Of a DNA stretch of 64,000 bases, positions 1 to 10,100 are shown piece after piece; the first letter of the stretch is position 1; each line of letters opens with the position of its first letter. The notes under the pieces were generated by a model, which saw nothing but the letters and a program-made list of their open reading frames with translations, did no database searches and was not told the DNA's origin. Source of the DNA: Candidatus Parcubacteria bacterium (GTDB lineage: Bacteria; Patescibacteriota; Patescibacteriia; CAIXNZ01). The stretch covers positions 15,225-79,224 of the forward strand of contig JAPLYG010000008.1 of assembly GCA_026395685.1 (NCBI GenBank), given 5' to 3'. Position numbers and translations under genes: made by a program.

Positions 1-339
1 CCTATATAACTGCCTGCCCGCCGAAGCGAAGCGTAGGCGGGAGCTACATGCCCGGATATTTATCAGTAAAATATAAAATTATCTTAGCAAAAAAAGACTG
101 GCAAATCAAGCCCCAAGCCTAAAGTTATTATTTTTTTACTTTTTCCTCAATCACCATTGCCTCATCAATAATCGCGCTCCAGACTTTATATAAAAAATGA
201 TTTGCTTAAGCCGTGCTTTTTTGCAAATTTGTCAAACTTTTTAAAAATTTCTAGCTCGCGAATGCTAATATCTAAAAGCTAAAATGTAGAATTCCCTATT
301 TCGAAAGTCAGCTTTAAACTTACAGAGCTAAGTATCTTA

Positions 340-1359
340 TTATTCTATAAAACCATGTATCTCACCGTCATTTCCTTTCCCTGATTGGTCTAAAACATTC
401 TCACCGTCATTTTTCTTCAAATCCCACCAGGCTAATAAACCCTCCTTATTATTAACATTCTTTTTATCATAAAATTCTTTAACTTCTTCAGCGGTTAAAG
501 CTCGTTCCCAGACGCTCACATGCTCAATTTCTCCCTGAAAATAATTAAAACAGCGGGTTCGCGGCAGATAATCTCCTAAATTCATCCCCTCAAAAAATCC
601 CTGCTGAACTTGGCTCGGTTGATAATATAAACAGCCAATATCGAATTTTACCTTACTGGTATCCTCAACGCCTCCGACGCTTTTATCAAAAAAGATGTTT
701 ATATTATTATTTCCTCTTTTATACACAGTATCAACTTCCTTGCCATTAATATATACTTTATTACCGCTGATATCTGTAGTATATGCGACCAAGTACCATT
801 TATTCAACTCGATATTATAAAGAATATCTAGACGATCACTATCATAATCTCCAACCCACTCAATATCTAATTTATCGCCCCCTTCAATATGACGCACGCC
901 CAGCCACATTCTGGAAACGTAAATGTCCTCTAAATTTTGGGCCGATAAAATATAGCTTCTTTCTGCTGGTATTTCTTCCGCCTTAAAAAAAGCCATAAAT
1001 GTACCGCTGGGACCGACCTGATTAAAAACATTGTCAGCAAAAGAAATATAATCATTGGCGCCGGAAAATCTCCAAATATCTTTTCTCCGGCTTGGCTTTA
1101 CTAAAGTTTTCTGCAAATTATCTGCTGATACGATATCGTTTATCAGACCATTATCATTTCCTACAATACTTTGCTTATCTTCCCGATTAATTATTAACTC
1201 CGACATACTTGATTTTGCTGTTTTTAACTGATAAATTTGGTACATGAAAAATACAGAGCTGGCAAGTAAAATTACAGAGATAATTATTAAAATATTTACT
1301 AAGCCATCAGACTGTTCTTCTTTTGTTTCTTCTAAGTAGGGCTTCAAATTGTTTGCCAT
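340..1359 (-). CDS. Membrane-anchored LamG/concanavalin A-like lectin domain protein
   Basis: N-terminal TM helix (ILIIISVILLASSVFF); LamG motifs NKWYLVAYT, KVYING, YFQGEIEHVSVWERALTAEEV, GLLAWW...DQSGKGNDG. Confidence 0.8.
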   Translation of the reverse strand: MANNLKPYLEETKEEQSDGLVNILIIISVILLASSVFFMYQIYQLKTAKSSMSELIINREDKQSIVGNDNGLINDIVSADNLQKTLVKPSRRKDIWRFSGANDYISFADNVFNQVGPSGTFMAFFKAEEIPAERSYILSAQNLEDIYVSRMWLGVRHIEGGDKLDIEWVGDYDSDRLDILYNIELNKWYLVAYTTDISGNKVYINGKEVDTVYKRGNNNINIFFDKSVGGVEDTSKVKFDIGCLYYQPSQVQQGFFEGMNLGDYLPRTRCFNYFQGEIEHVSVWERALTAEEVKEFYDKKNVNNKEGLLAWWDLKKNDGENVLDQSGKGNDGEIHGFIE

Positions 1360-1470
1360 ATATTTTATTAATAATTACTACAACAAAACTTCGGACTTTG
1401 GACTTCACTATGTTATTATTATATCATAATTACGAACATTCGTACTTTCGTAAGATTACTATTAACCACT

Positions 1471-2607
1471 ATGAACAAAACCAAACTATCGTCCTACGAT
1501 TTTAATCTACCTAAAGAACTAATCGCCCAAAAGCCTGTATCACCTGCTGATACCTGTTGTCTTTTAGTTTTAGACCGCAAAACAAAAAGAATTATCGATG
1601 AAAAATTTTTAAATCTAACGAAATACCTAAATAAAGGTGATGTTTTAGTCTTTAATAATTCCAAAGTTTTGCCTGCACGTTTAATTGGCAGAAAGAAAAC
1701 TGGCGGTAAAGTGGAAATTTTGCTTTTACGACAGATCAAACCCGATACTTGGGAATGCCTGGTCGGCAATTTGCCCGTACACAAACAGGTCGGTACCTCG
1801 CTCCTCTTCTCGGGTAAACAAGAGCATGCTTCGACTAAGCTCAGTACAGGTCCGCTCTTGTCAGGGCAAATTGCCGCGCGAAAAAACAACATTGCTCAAA
1901 TCAAATTTAATTTATCCGGCAAAAAATTAATGGACCAAATATTTAAACTCGGCCAGACTCCTACTCCGCCCTACATTAAACGTCTTGCTAAAGCCACTGA
2001 ATATCAAAACTTTTTTGCCAAAAAGATCGGTTCTGTAGCCGCCCCAACGGCAGGACTACATTTTACTCCGCGAATATTCAAACTGCTAAAACAAAAAGGT
2101 GTGCAAATTGAATTTGTCACGCTTCATGTAGGTCTGGGCACTTTTGCGCCTATTAAATTTGAGGATATTACCAAGCACCAGATCCATTCGGAATATTTTG
2201 AGCTGGACAAGGCGACTGCTAAGCGACTTAACCAAGCAAAAAAAGAAGGCCGCCGCATCATCGCCGTGGGCACAACATCAGTTCGTGTTCTAGAATCATG
2301 TTCTCAATCCAAAATCTCAAAGGCTTCAAACTTCGGCTTGCCCGCCGAAGCTTTAGCGGAGGCGGGCCTTCGGCCATCGGCCTTTATGCTTAGAGCTAAT
2401 TCCGGATACACCGACATCTACATCTACCCCGGCTACAAATTTAAATTCATCGACTCCTTAATCACCAACTTCCACGTCCCTAAATCTTCTCTTCTGCTTT
2501 TAGTCAGCGCCTTGGCCGGAACAGAATTTATCAAAAAAGCTTACCAGTACGCAATCAGGAAAAAATACCGGTTTTATTCGTTCGGGGATGTCATGTTAAT
2601 TAAATAA
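1471..2607 (+). CDS. queA: S-adenosylmethionine:tRNA ribosyltransferase-isomerase, with two in-frame repeat-derived insertions
   Basis: YDFNLPKELIAQ, LVFNNSKVLPARL, GSVAAPTAGLHFT, TLHVGLGTF, AVGTTSVRVLES, TNFHVPKSSLL, YRFYSFGD. Confidence 0.97.
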   Translation: MNKTKLSSYDFNLPKELIAQKPVSPADTCCLLVLDRKTKRIIDEKFLNLTKYLNKGDVLVFNNSKVLPARLIGRKKTGGKVEILLLRQIKPDTWECLVGNLPVHKQVGTSLLFSGKQEHASTKLSTGPLLSGQIAARKNNIAQIKFNLSGKKLMDQIFKLGQTPTPPYIKRLAKATEYQNFFAKKIGSVAAPTAGLHFTPRIFKLLKQKGVQIEFVTLHVGLGTFAPIKFEDITKHQIHSEYFELDKATAKRLNQAKKEGRRIIAVGTTSVRVLESCSQSKISKASNFGLPAEALAEAGLRPSAFMLRANSGYTDIYIYPGYKFKFIDSLITNFHVPKSSLLLLVSALAGTEFIKKAYQYAIRKKYRFYSFGDVMLIK

Positions 2608-2661
2608 AAAAGACGCAGAATGGAATCCACGCCTTTAGCAGAAACTATTAGGATGAATGCA

Positions 2662-3021
2662 CTATTTAAACATTTCATCCGTTTCGGAATCGTCCGGTGG
2701 TTCAGGGGCTGGTGGAGCTTGCATATCAATGAGAAATTGCAAGCTAACGACCTCTGCATCGTCGGCCACATCATACTTGCGAAAATACTCGAGGGAACCT
2801 TCTACGTCGATGTCCCCCATCCTCTCAAGAATCTTACGACAAATATCCAGGTCCTTATCACCCGCTATTCCGGGGAAATCCCAGTCAATCTCGTTATCAA
2901 TAACTTTACCGTCTTTTACTTCAACTGCAGGCACATGGATCCAATTGCAACCTTCTTCGCCTTGAAGTCGGTCCACGAACTCTTGCCAACGAGGATGCTC
3001 AAGGGTCATCACGCTACTCAT
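2662..3021 (-). CDS. Acidic hypothetical protein, DUF2695-like but without the family cysteines
   Basis: SD AAGGAGG upstream; TTGACA(3103-3098)-17-TATTAT promoter; HPRWQEFVDRLQGEEGCN...IDVEGSLEYFRKYDVADDAEVV resembles the DUF2695 GGxCDCE region (recalled, not searched). Confidence 0.6.
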   Translation of the reverse strand: MSSVMTLEHPRWQEFVDRLQGEEGCNWIHVPAVEVKDGKVIDNEIDWDFPGIAGDKDLDICRKILERMGDIDVEGSLEYFRKYDVADDAEVVSLQFLIDMQAPPAPEPPDDSETDEMFK

Positions 3022-3124
3022 TTTTGAATCCTCCTTAGGTTATTACCAGCCAAAGATCCGAAAACCTACAAATTATAATACCATATTTACTTTTTCTTGT
3101 CAACCCCACTACCCTAGAGGTTTT

Positions 3125-6100
3125 TTATTTTGCCTGTAAAATTATTTTGCCGTTGGATTCACTGGCTGCAAACCCGAGTTCACCAATTTTGCTGCTTCTG
3201 AACAGTTCCACTATTTTTAGAGGCAATTTTTCTTCACTAAAAACTATAGGCATTTCAATATTTTTTTTCAGGGATAAATAATGTAAAATAGTTTCTTCTT
3301 GTTTAGCAGCAGGCACATTATTAAAAAACTTCAAAACTTCCACAATCACCTTGTCTTCTTCATTTTCTTTGCTTAAATAATCAGCCGCCAAAATATAGCC
3401 CAAAACTTCCTTTGCATCCTTGTTTTTTTCCAAAAAGACATTGCTGTGATTGTCGGGAAAATTCAAACCGCCATCCTCATCATCCTCCCCCTTGCCGATT
3501 TTATCCAAAATCGTCTGTGCTTCCTCGATTTCCGCTTTATTCAATTTTTTCAGCAAAGGAGACTCGGAAAAATTATAAATAGCCAGCCCCAGCAGATGCA
3601 GGCCGTCTTTATTTTTAGTATTCTCTGGATCATGAAGCACATAACAGCTCGAGTGTTCAAAGCAATCAGAATATTTCAAGGGCCTCACAGGCTCATATAG
3701 CATATTGGGATTTTCCAGTTCCCCCGTAACCAAACCGCCGTCATCATTATAGCTGGTGCCCAAAATAACCAATTTGTCGGAAAAATGCTTTTTAAAAAAA
3801 TTATTATAGGCTTTGGCAATGGCTGGCCTGTATTTTATGCCCCGGTTGGCAATTTCAATATTATCAACGGCCAAAACAGGGAAATCACGCTTCTTATCTA
3901 AATATTTTTTGTTTGGAATTTCATCCGCCTTAAGCTTGGCTGCAACTAAAACTGACTGGGCAATCATATCTTCCTGACCATATTCATCAACCACGGAAAC
4001 CGTAAAATAAGCAGTATCTTCATGGCTCATGTATTCATAATTAATATCTGTGCCATATCTCATGCAACAGTCTGTGAAATCGCCGGCCACCCAGCCTTTA
4101 GGGTCAGACTTTCTATGAATTTGTACCACCATTTTTTTGCCCTTGATCTCATATTTATTAAGTTTTAAAATATTACGAACACTTTCTTGATCTTCTTTCG
4201 GTATTTCTTCCGCTAAATAATCTGACACTATTTTTTTACCCTGATATTTATCTTTAATAAAGCTTGCCAAATCATTGTATAATTTTTTGGCCTGGCCTGC
4301 TGGTTGCGAGCCATTAATCCCCAAATCAATCAGCTTTAACAGCAGAGCAAAAACCTGCTTATTTTCCGAATCTTTATCTATTGCCAAATCATGCTTTTCT
4401 AAAAATTCATACAGCTTTTTATATTCCTTTTTCTTGAGTAATTTTAAGAAAAAATCCCTAAATGGCGAATCAAAATTCAAATTGAAGCTTTCCTCCTTAA
4501 TATTCTGCAAATTAATAAATTTCCCGCCTTCTTTCAAAATGGCTGATTTATTTAAAGCTACCTTGCGATCATTGCTTAATCTGATTTTTGCTTTTATTTT
4601 CTCCTGTTCGCTGATTGAGCCATCAATTTGAATCGCCTGCAAGCGCGGCTCAAAATCAGCCTTAATTTTTTCTTTACGGTCTTTGTCCTGCCATTCAATT
4701 AAATCAAAAATTGAAAAGTCACCCATAATGCTCGAGATTTTTTCATTTTTGATTAACTGGCCGATTACCGGAATTATTCTTGTTAATTCCTGGCTTGGAA
4801 GCGCATTTTTTACAATTTCATTTAGCGGTGTAATTTCGTATTCTTCCCTTAGCGGCTGAATCAAAGCTTTTTCATCTAAGCCGTCTTGATTTTCCGCCTG
4901 ACGTATGATTAAACCGCTTTTGACATCACGTTCAATCAACCCGATATTAATACCCGGAGCTTTCATCTCTAATATCTTTTCAACAAGTTCCGGCGATAGA
5001 TTATCAGGTAAAATTGAACCCAAGCCGATAAGGTCGATTTGATGCTTGAATTCGGCATAGCTGGCAAAATTATAATTTTCAATATGGTGCAGATTGCGTT
5101 CTTTCCTGGATTGCTGCTGCTTGGTAAAAAGTTCCGGAGAAAACTGATTCATCATTTCATGCAGTTCAAAGGGGTTAGGCGCCTGCTTTATTAAGGTGCT
5201 GAGTATTTCAGGGCTAAAAACATTTTTTTCTTTCAGGGAATCAACGAAAAGAAGTAAATCATGGGTTGAATGGCCCCAATGCTTACTTTTAAATTCAAAA
5301 AACTTTTTAAGGCCGATAATATTTTTCAAATACTCAAAATTTGCTCTTACCTGTCCGGCCCAGACACCTGCTGATAAAATTTTTACTGCCTGTTCATATT
5401 TGGCTTCCGAGGATAAATTTTTGAAAGTTTCCTGCTGATCCTTAATCGCGACAAATTCAGACCCGTTTACACCCAAGTCCTGGGCTAATTTCAGTAAATC
5501 ATCGGTAATTTTTCCAAATGATTCAATATTTTTAGACACAAAGTCAGCTGGCATATCCCAAGAATGCACTCCGTGTTCCAACAATTTAAGTGCAACCTCA
5601 TTATTTAAATGCTTGAATAATTCAAAGTTTTTTACTACCAATGCAATATTTCCATTTTTGATTGATATCAATGCGACTTTATTATGGTCTAAACCCTGAA
5701 ATTTTTCAAAATGAGCTATTATGTACGTTTCATTCATTCGCCGCTCAATAAGCAGATAGGCAATTTCCTGATCCAATGGACCCTGAAATTTGGGTAACAA
5801 TTCCGCAAATGTCCGTAAATTATCATTCTCGATTAACTTGAGAGCAAGGTCATTATCAAAAACCAAGCCCTGGAAGGTTCCCGGCTCTTTAATTGACCAA
5901 TGAGCATTGTGGCTTTCAATTAATTTAATTGCCACATCAGCATCAAGGCCTGTAAAGGACTTATAATAATTATCAACAACCCCGCCTTTTCCCGCTTCAA
6001 TCAATTTAAGAGCTACCTCTTTATCTAAAGAATCTTTAAACCGTGAAATATTATTTTGTAATGTTTCAATTTCTCCCAATTCAATTAATTTAAGGGCAAT

Positions 6101-7183
6101 TTCCTTATCAAAACCAACATTTTCAATGAGGAAATTATTGCTTAACACCTTTTTGCTCTGGCCCACCTCAATCATTTTAATAATTACCTCCTTATCAAGC
6201 CCCCGAAACCTAGCAATGTTATCCAGCAGTATCTCTGGCCTTTTGGCTTCAATAATTTTTAAAGCTATGCTTTTGTCTAAGGTGAAATTTTTAAATCTTT
6301 CCGGATGACCAACCACATACCAAATTTGACCGGATTCTATAAGCTTAAGCGCAAAATCTTTATCTAAACTATCAAATTTATCAAGAATTTTTTCTAGATC
6401 GTAAGCGGCAAACATACCCTTTACCAGCTCCCAGGCAACTTCATTATCCAGGCCGGAAAATATCTCCAGGTTCTTTACTATGGCCGATTTCTGATTATTC
6501 TGAATTAATTTAAGTGCTACATTTTTATCTAAATCTTTAAAGCTTTTAATATGTTCGGCTACCTTACTGCTATGCCCGTCTTCAATCAATTTAAGAGCGA
6601 TTTCTTTTTCAAGTCCGTTTAATTTATTCAGATACCAGCTTAAATCATAACTTCTGCCGGCTGCTATCATCTCTTTAGCGATTTCATTATGGCTAACACC
6701 ATCAAAAAACTTGAATTCCTTAAATAATGTATGGTAACAGGCTCCAGTTTTAATTAATTTAAAAGCAAGATCCTTTTTATCCAAGTCGCGAAATAGTGAA
6801 TCCAGATGTGAAGTCACATATATATCCAAATCGCTTTCAATAAGTTTATAGGCTATGCGCTTTAAATCCACATTTTTATAACTTCTAAGATCCTTTAATA
6901 ATTCATTAATATAGCGCCTTTTCTCAATCATCTTAAAAAAGACTTGCTCGTCCAAGCCACTAAAATAAGAAGCACGGTTTAAAATCAAAGACTCCTGATT
7001 ATGTTCAATCAGTTTGAGCGCAATTTTTTTATGAAATTCGGGCAAAATGTCTTTTAACTGTTCTAAATGAAATCTTTCCCCGGCTTCTATCTGCTTAATA
7101 ATTTGATCAACTGTCGGCTTTTTAAGAGCCGGCTCTTCAATATTATTATTTCCGCCAGCTGGGGGCTCTTCAATTTTTGGCAT
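3125..7183 (-). CDS. Giant helical-repeat protein with C-terminal GDxTxCCM/DNxE domain (paralog of the upstream gene)
   Basis: 1352 aa ORF; roughly 18 repeats of KEIALKLIExG...FxGLD; HRKSDP-GDFTDCCMRYG, IAQS, DNIE, ILGTSYND, YSD. Confidence 0.85.
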   Translation of the reverse strand: MPKIEEPPAGGNNNIEEPALKKPTVDQIIKQIEAGERFHLEQLKDILPEFHKKIALKLIEHNQESLILNRASYFSGLDEQVFFKMIEKRRYINELLKDLRSYKNVDLKRIAYKLIESDLDIYVTSHLDSLFRDLDKKDLAFKLIKTGACYHTLFKEFKFFDGVSHNEIAKEMIAAGRSYDLSWYLNKLNGLEKEIALKLIEDGHSSKVAEHIKSFKDLDKNVALKLIQNNQKSAIVKNLEIFSGLDNEVAWELVKGMFAAYDLEKILDKFDSLDKDFALKLIESGQIWYVVGHPERFKNFTLDKSIALKIIEAKRPEILLDNIARFRGLDKEVIIKMIEVGQSKKVLSNNFLIENVGFDKEIALKLIELGEIETLQNNISRFKDSLDKEVALKLIEAGKGGVVDNYYKSFTGLDADVAIKLIESHNAHWSIKEPGTFQGLVFDNDLALKLIENDNLRTFAELLPKFQGPLDQEIAYLLIERRMNETYIIAHFEKFQGLDHNKVALISIKNGNIALVVKNFELFKHLNNEVALKLLEHGVHSWDMPADFVSKNIESFGKITDDLLKLAQDLGVNGSEFVAIKDQQETFKNLSSEAKYEQAVKILSAGVWAGQVRANFEYLKNIIGLKKFFEFKSKHWGHSTHDLLLFVDSLKEKNVFSPEILSTLIKQAPNPFELHEMMNQFSPELFTKQQQSRKERNLHHIENYNFASYAEFKHQIDLIGLGSILPDNLSPELVEKILEMKAPGINIGLIERDVKSGLIIRQAENQDGLDEKALIQPLREEYEITPLNEIVKNALPSQELTRIIPVIGQLIKNEKISSIMGDFSIFDLIEWQDKDRKEKIKADFEPRLQAIQIDGSISEQEKIKAKIRLSNDRKVALNKSAILKEGGKFINLQNIKEESFNLNFDSPFRDFFLKLLKKKEYKKLYEFLEKHDLAIDKDSENKQVFALLLKLIDLGINGSQPAGQAKKLYNDLASFIKDKYQGKKIVSDYLAEEIPKEDQESVRNILKLNKYEIKGKKMVVQIHRKSDPKGWVAGDFTDCCMRYGTDINYEYMSHEDTAYFTVSVVDEYGQEDMIAQSVLVAAKLKADEIPNKKYLDKKRDFPVLAVDNIEIANRGIKYRPAIAKAYNNFFKKHFSDKLVILGTSYNDDGGLVTGELENPNMLYEPVRPLKYSDCFEHSSCYVLHDPENTKNKDGLHLLGLAIYNFSESPLLKKLNKAEIEEAQTILDKIGKGEDDEDGGLNFPDNHSNVFLEKNKDAKEVLGYILAADYLSKENEEDKVIVEVLKFFNNVPAAKQEETILHYLSLKKNIEMPIVFSEEKLPLKIVELFRSSKIGELGFAASESNGKIILQAK

Positions 7184-7196
7184 AAATATAACTTTA

Positions 7197-10100
7197 TTAT
7201 TTTTTTATCTTCCTGAGTTCCAAACGATGGAATGTCTCGCCTGCTTCTTTCATTTTGGTATCAACTGCTATTTCATAATTATACTGGCCTGCATATTTCA
7301 TAATAATCGGATAAGATGTTGTTTCCCGGCACCTCATCACAATCGGCATTTTATTTAATTTATCATCATTTTCAATTTTTTTCATTAAACCCCAGGCCAG
7401 TTCCATTCCCACCCCTGTTTTCTGTTTGTCCGGATCTACCGCAATATCATGAAAATATATTTTTGTTTCATCCCTGCCTGGTTCTTTTGCCAAATAACCC
7501 AAAACATAGCCGTCTAAAACGCCAGCGTCAGTAAAATGACCTAGCGTCAGAGCATTTGTTTTTTCCTGTTCAGCTTGGAGATTGGAAGCAGTTAATATTT
7601 TCTGCATTGTCGTTATACCTTCAACTAAGGCGGGATTAGAGCCGTATATTTTTTCTTCCAGATAAGCGACCGGAAAAGTATCGCGCCAGCTGATATCCTG
7701 AATGCCAATTCTTTTAGCGCTGTCTTTTGGGGCACCTTCGGGTAATAATTCCAGACATTTGTCATGCAGATTATCAGAATAGCTGATTAGAGCCTGCGGT
7801 AAAAATTCATTGGGCGGTGTTGTTTTAATATTCTTTAAATAATCCAGATATCCCAGGCCAATAACAACTCTGCTATTTTCCATGCCCAATTGCTTTCGAT
7901 ACTCGTCAAAAAAGGCTTTATAAATAACCGATATAATGCTTTCATCATTTTTAATCAGGCGCTGGACCAGATTATTCTGGCCTTCGACATTATCGCAGGC
8001 AATTACATTTTGGCTGTTATAAAATTTTTCCAAAAAATCAGGTCCTAGTGTTTCTTGCAGATTTACCTCTCCGTGTAATCTTAAATCTGTGACTAATTTT
8101 TCAAATTTTTCTTTGCCTATTCCCTTATCCAGGGTCATAATGCTCTGGACTACGATTCTGGCTTCTTCAGGCGACTGGCCTGGCTGGCGGAAGCTCAAAG
8201 TCATGGCTCCGCATTGCGGGGAAAATAAATATACATTTTGTTTACCCGAGCCAAACGGCATACAGCAGGATGTGTCATCCCCGATTGTGGCATAGCGCGG
8301 ATCGCTGTGCGGCAAAATTTCCGCCCTCATAATTATTTCTTCTCCGCTATATTTCAGGCGGTGATCTTCAATGACTGCTTTCATATCTTCAATTAATATC
8401 TTCTGTTCTTCTGGTATTAAATTCTTAACTTCAAATTTTTCCCGTTTAGACTTAATTTTTTTAGCTAAAAATTCCGCCTTAATATCCTTACTCTCCAAAA
8501 TTTGCCGCCAAACTTTTTTAAGATCGTCTTTATCCTTTATTTGTGTTATTTGTTCCAATAAAGCCTCCGAATTATCGCCGAACTTTTTGCCGCTGACAAG
8601 CCCGGCTGCCCGTTCCTGAGTGTATTTTTTTAATTCCTCAAAATCCAAATTTTCAATTATTTTAAAAACTTCCAGGGACTTATTTAAGTCTGCGCTTAAA
8701 TACTGATTGCTGTCTGCCAAATATACTGTGATAAACTTTTCTAAGTTTCCTTCAATCTGCTTGGCTAAATGATCCAATTCTTTTTCTTTGTCCCTGGCCT
8801 CTTTGTTTTTCAAAATCATTGTATAATCTTTGCTATACGGTTTAAATGGTGACATTGTATCAATCTGCCCCTCAACTAACGCTTTAACAATATCCTCGGG
8901 TCTCAAAGCTATCGTATAATATCCGTCTCCCAATTCAGCCCACTGATTGGGCTCCAGTTCTGACTGCAGCTTCTTATTGGCATGGCTATCAGGCAGCTGT
9001 AAAAATCTCTCGGCATCAGTAAACAACATTAATGCCGGCCCCATACCCACTGTCGGATGGGCTATCAGTTTATTGGCATATTCATAAAGCTTGGGATTAC
9101 TTTCCTGCAAGTTATTTAAGGCTTCCTGCATTCTAGGGGTCATTTTTCTTCTCAGCTCCACTTTTTTTCTGAAAGTCTTTACATTTTTAAACCAGCCTTC
9201 TTTTTCAAATTCTTCCCGCCAGCCGGGCTGGAAATTTTTTACCGCATTAACCAAAAGCTGACGGCTATCCATGCCTTCAATACTTACAGCCGAATCCGAC
9301 GCAGTCTGAAGCAGTATATTTTTAAGTTCTTCCTTATTAGTAACTATTTGAAAAAGGTCGGGCAAAAAATACAAAGCATCATGGCGGTCACTGCCTTTGA
9401 TATATTTCCAGGCATTTTCCGTACCGATTAAAGAGGCAAGCTCTTTAAACCAGGCGCATATTTCCCTGTCCCAAATATACCCCGGATTATTTAAAAGAAA
9501 CTCAGCCACCTTATTGACTCTGTTTTTTTTATTTAGTTTTGAAAGCTCATCATAGTGCTCATTAATTTCCCAAAACTCCTTGTGTTCCAAGCCCAAATCT
9601 TTATAATAATTATATTTTTCTAAATTTAATGAAACTTTCTTTTCCTGGCAAAATTTTACCACCTTGTCAGCGCTGGGCATTTCAGCTAAAAGCGCCTCAA
9701 GAATTAACTGGTAATCTCCTCCTTTTAAACCGGTAAATTTTTCCAAATCATCAGCCACCGCCGGCCCCATACCATTATGAATAAGTGCCAAGGCAATCAT
9801 TCTATGATCCAAATCCACAAATTTATGTAAATTATCAAGAACTGTTGTTTCGAAATTTTTTATTATCAATGCTATGGCCACTTCATTATCCAAACCCTTA
9901 AAATAATCAAACTCGAAACTAAGGACCTCCGGAAGGTTAGCATTTATAAAAGCCAAAGCAACATCCTTATCCATTCCCTCAAATTTCGTTAAATTGTCTG
10001 CAACAGCCTTGCCTTGACCATTGGCAATAAGTCTAATAGCCATTGCCTTGTTATTCAGGCCGGGAAATCTATCTATTAGAGTGGCTACTGTATACCCTTC

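Noticed and set aside
2620-3027. 135-aa and 102-aa plus-strand ORFs
   Set aside because: They overlap the minus-strand ORF that has the promoter, SD and family-like sequence.
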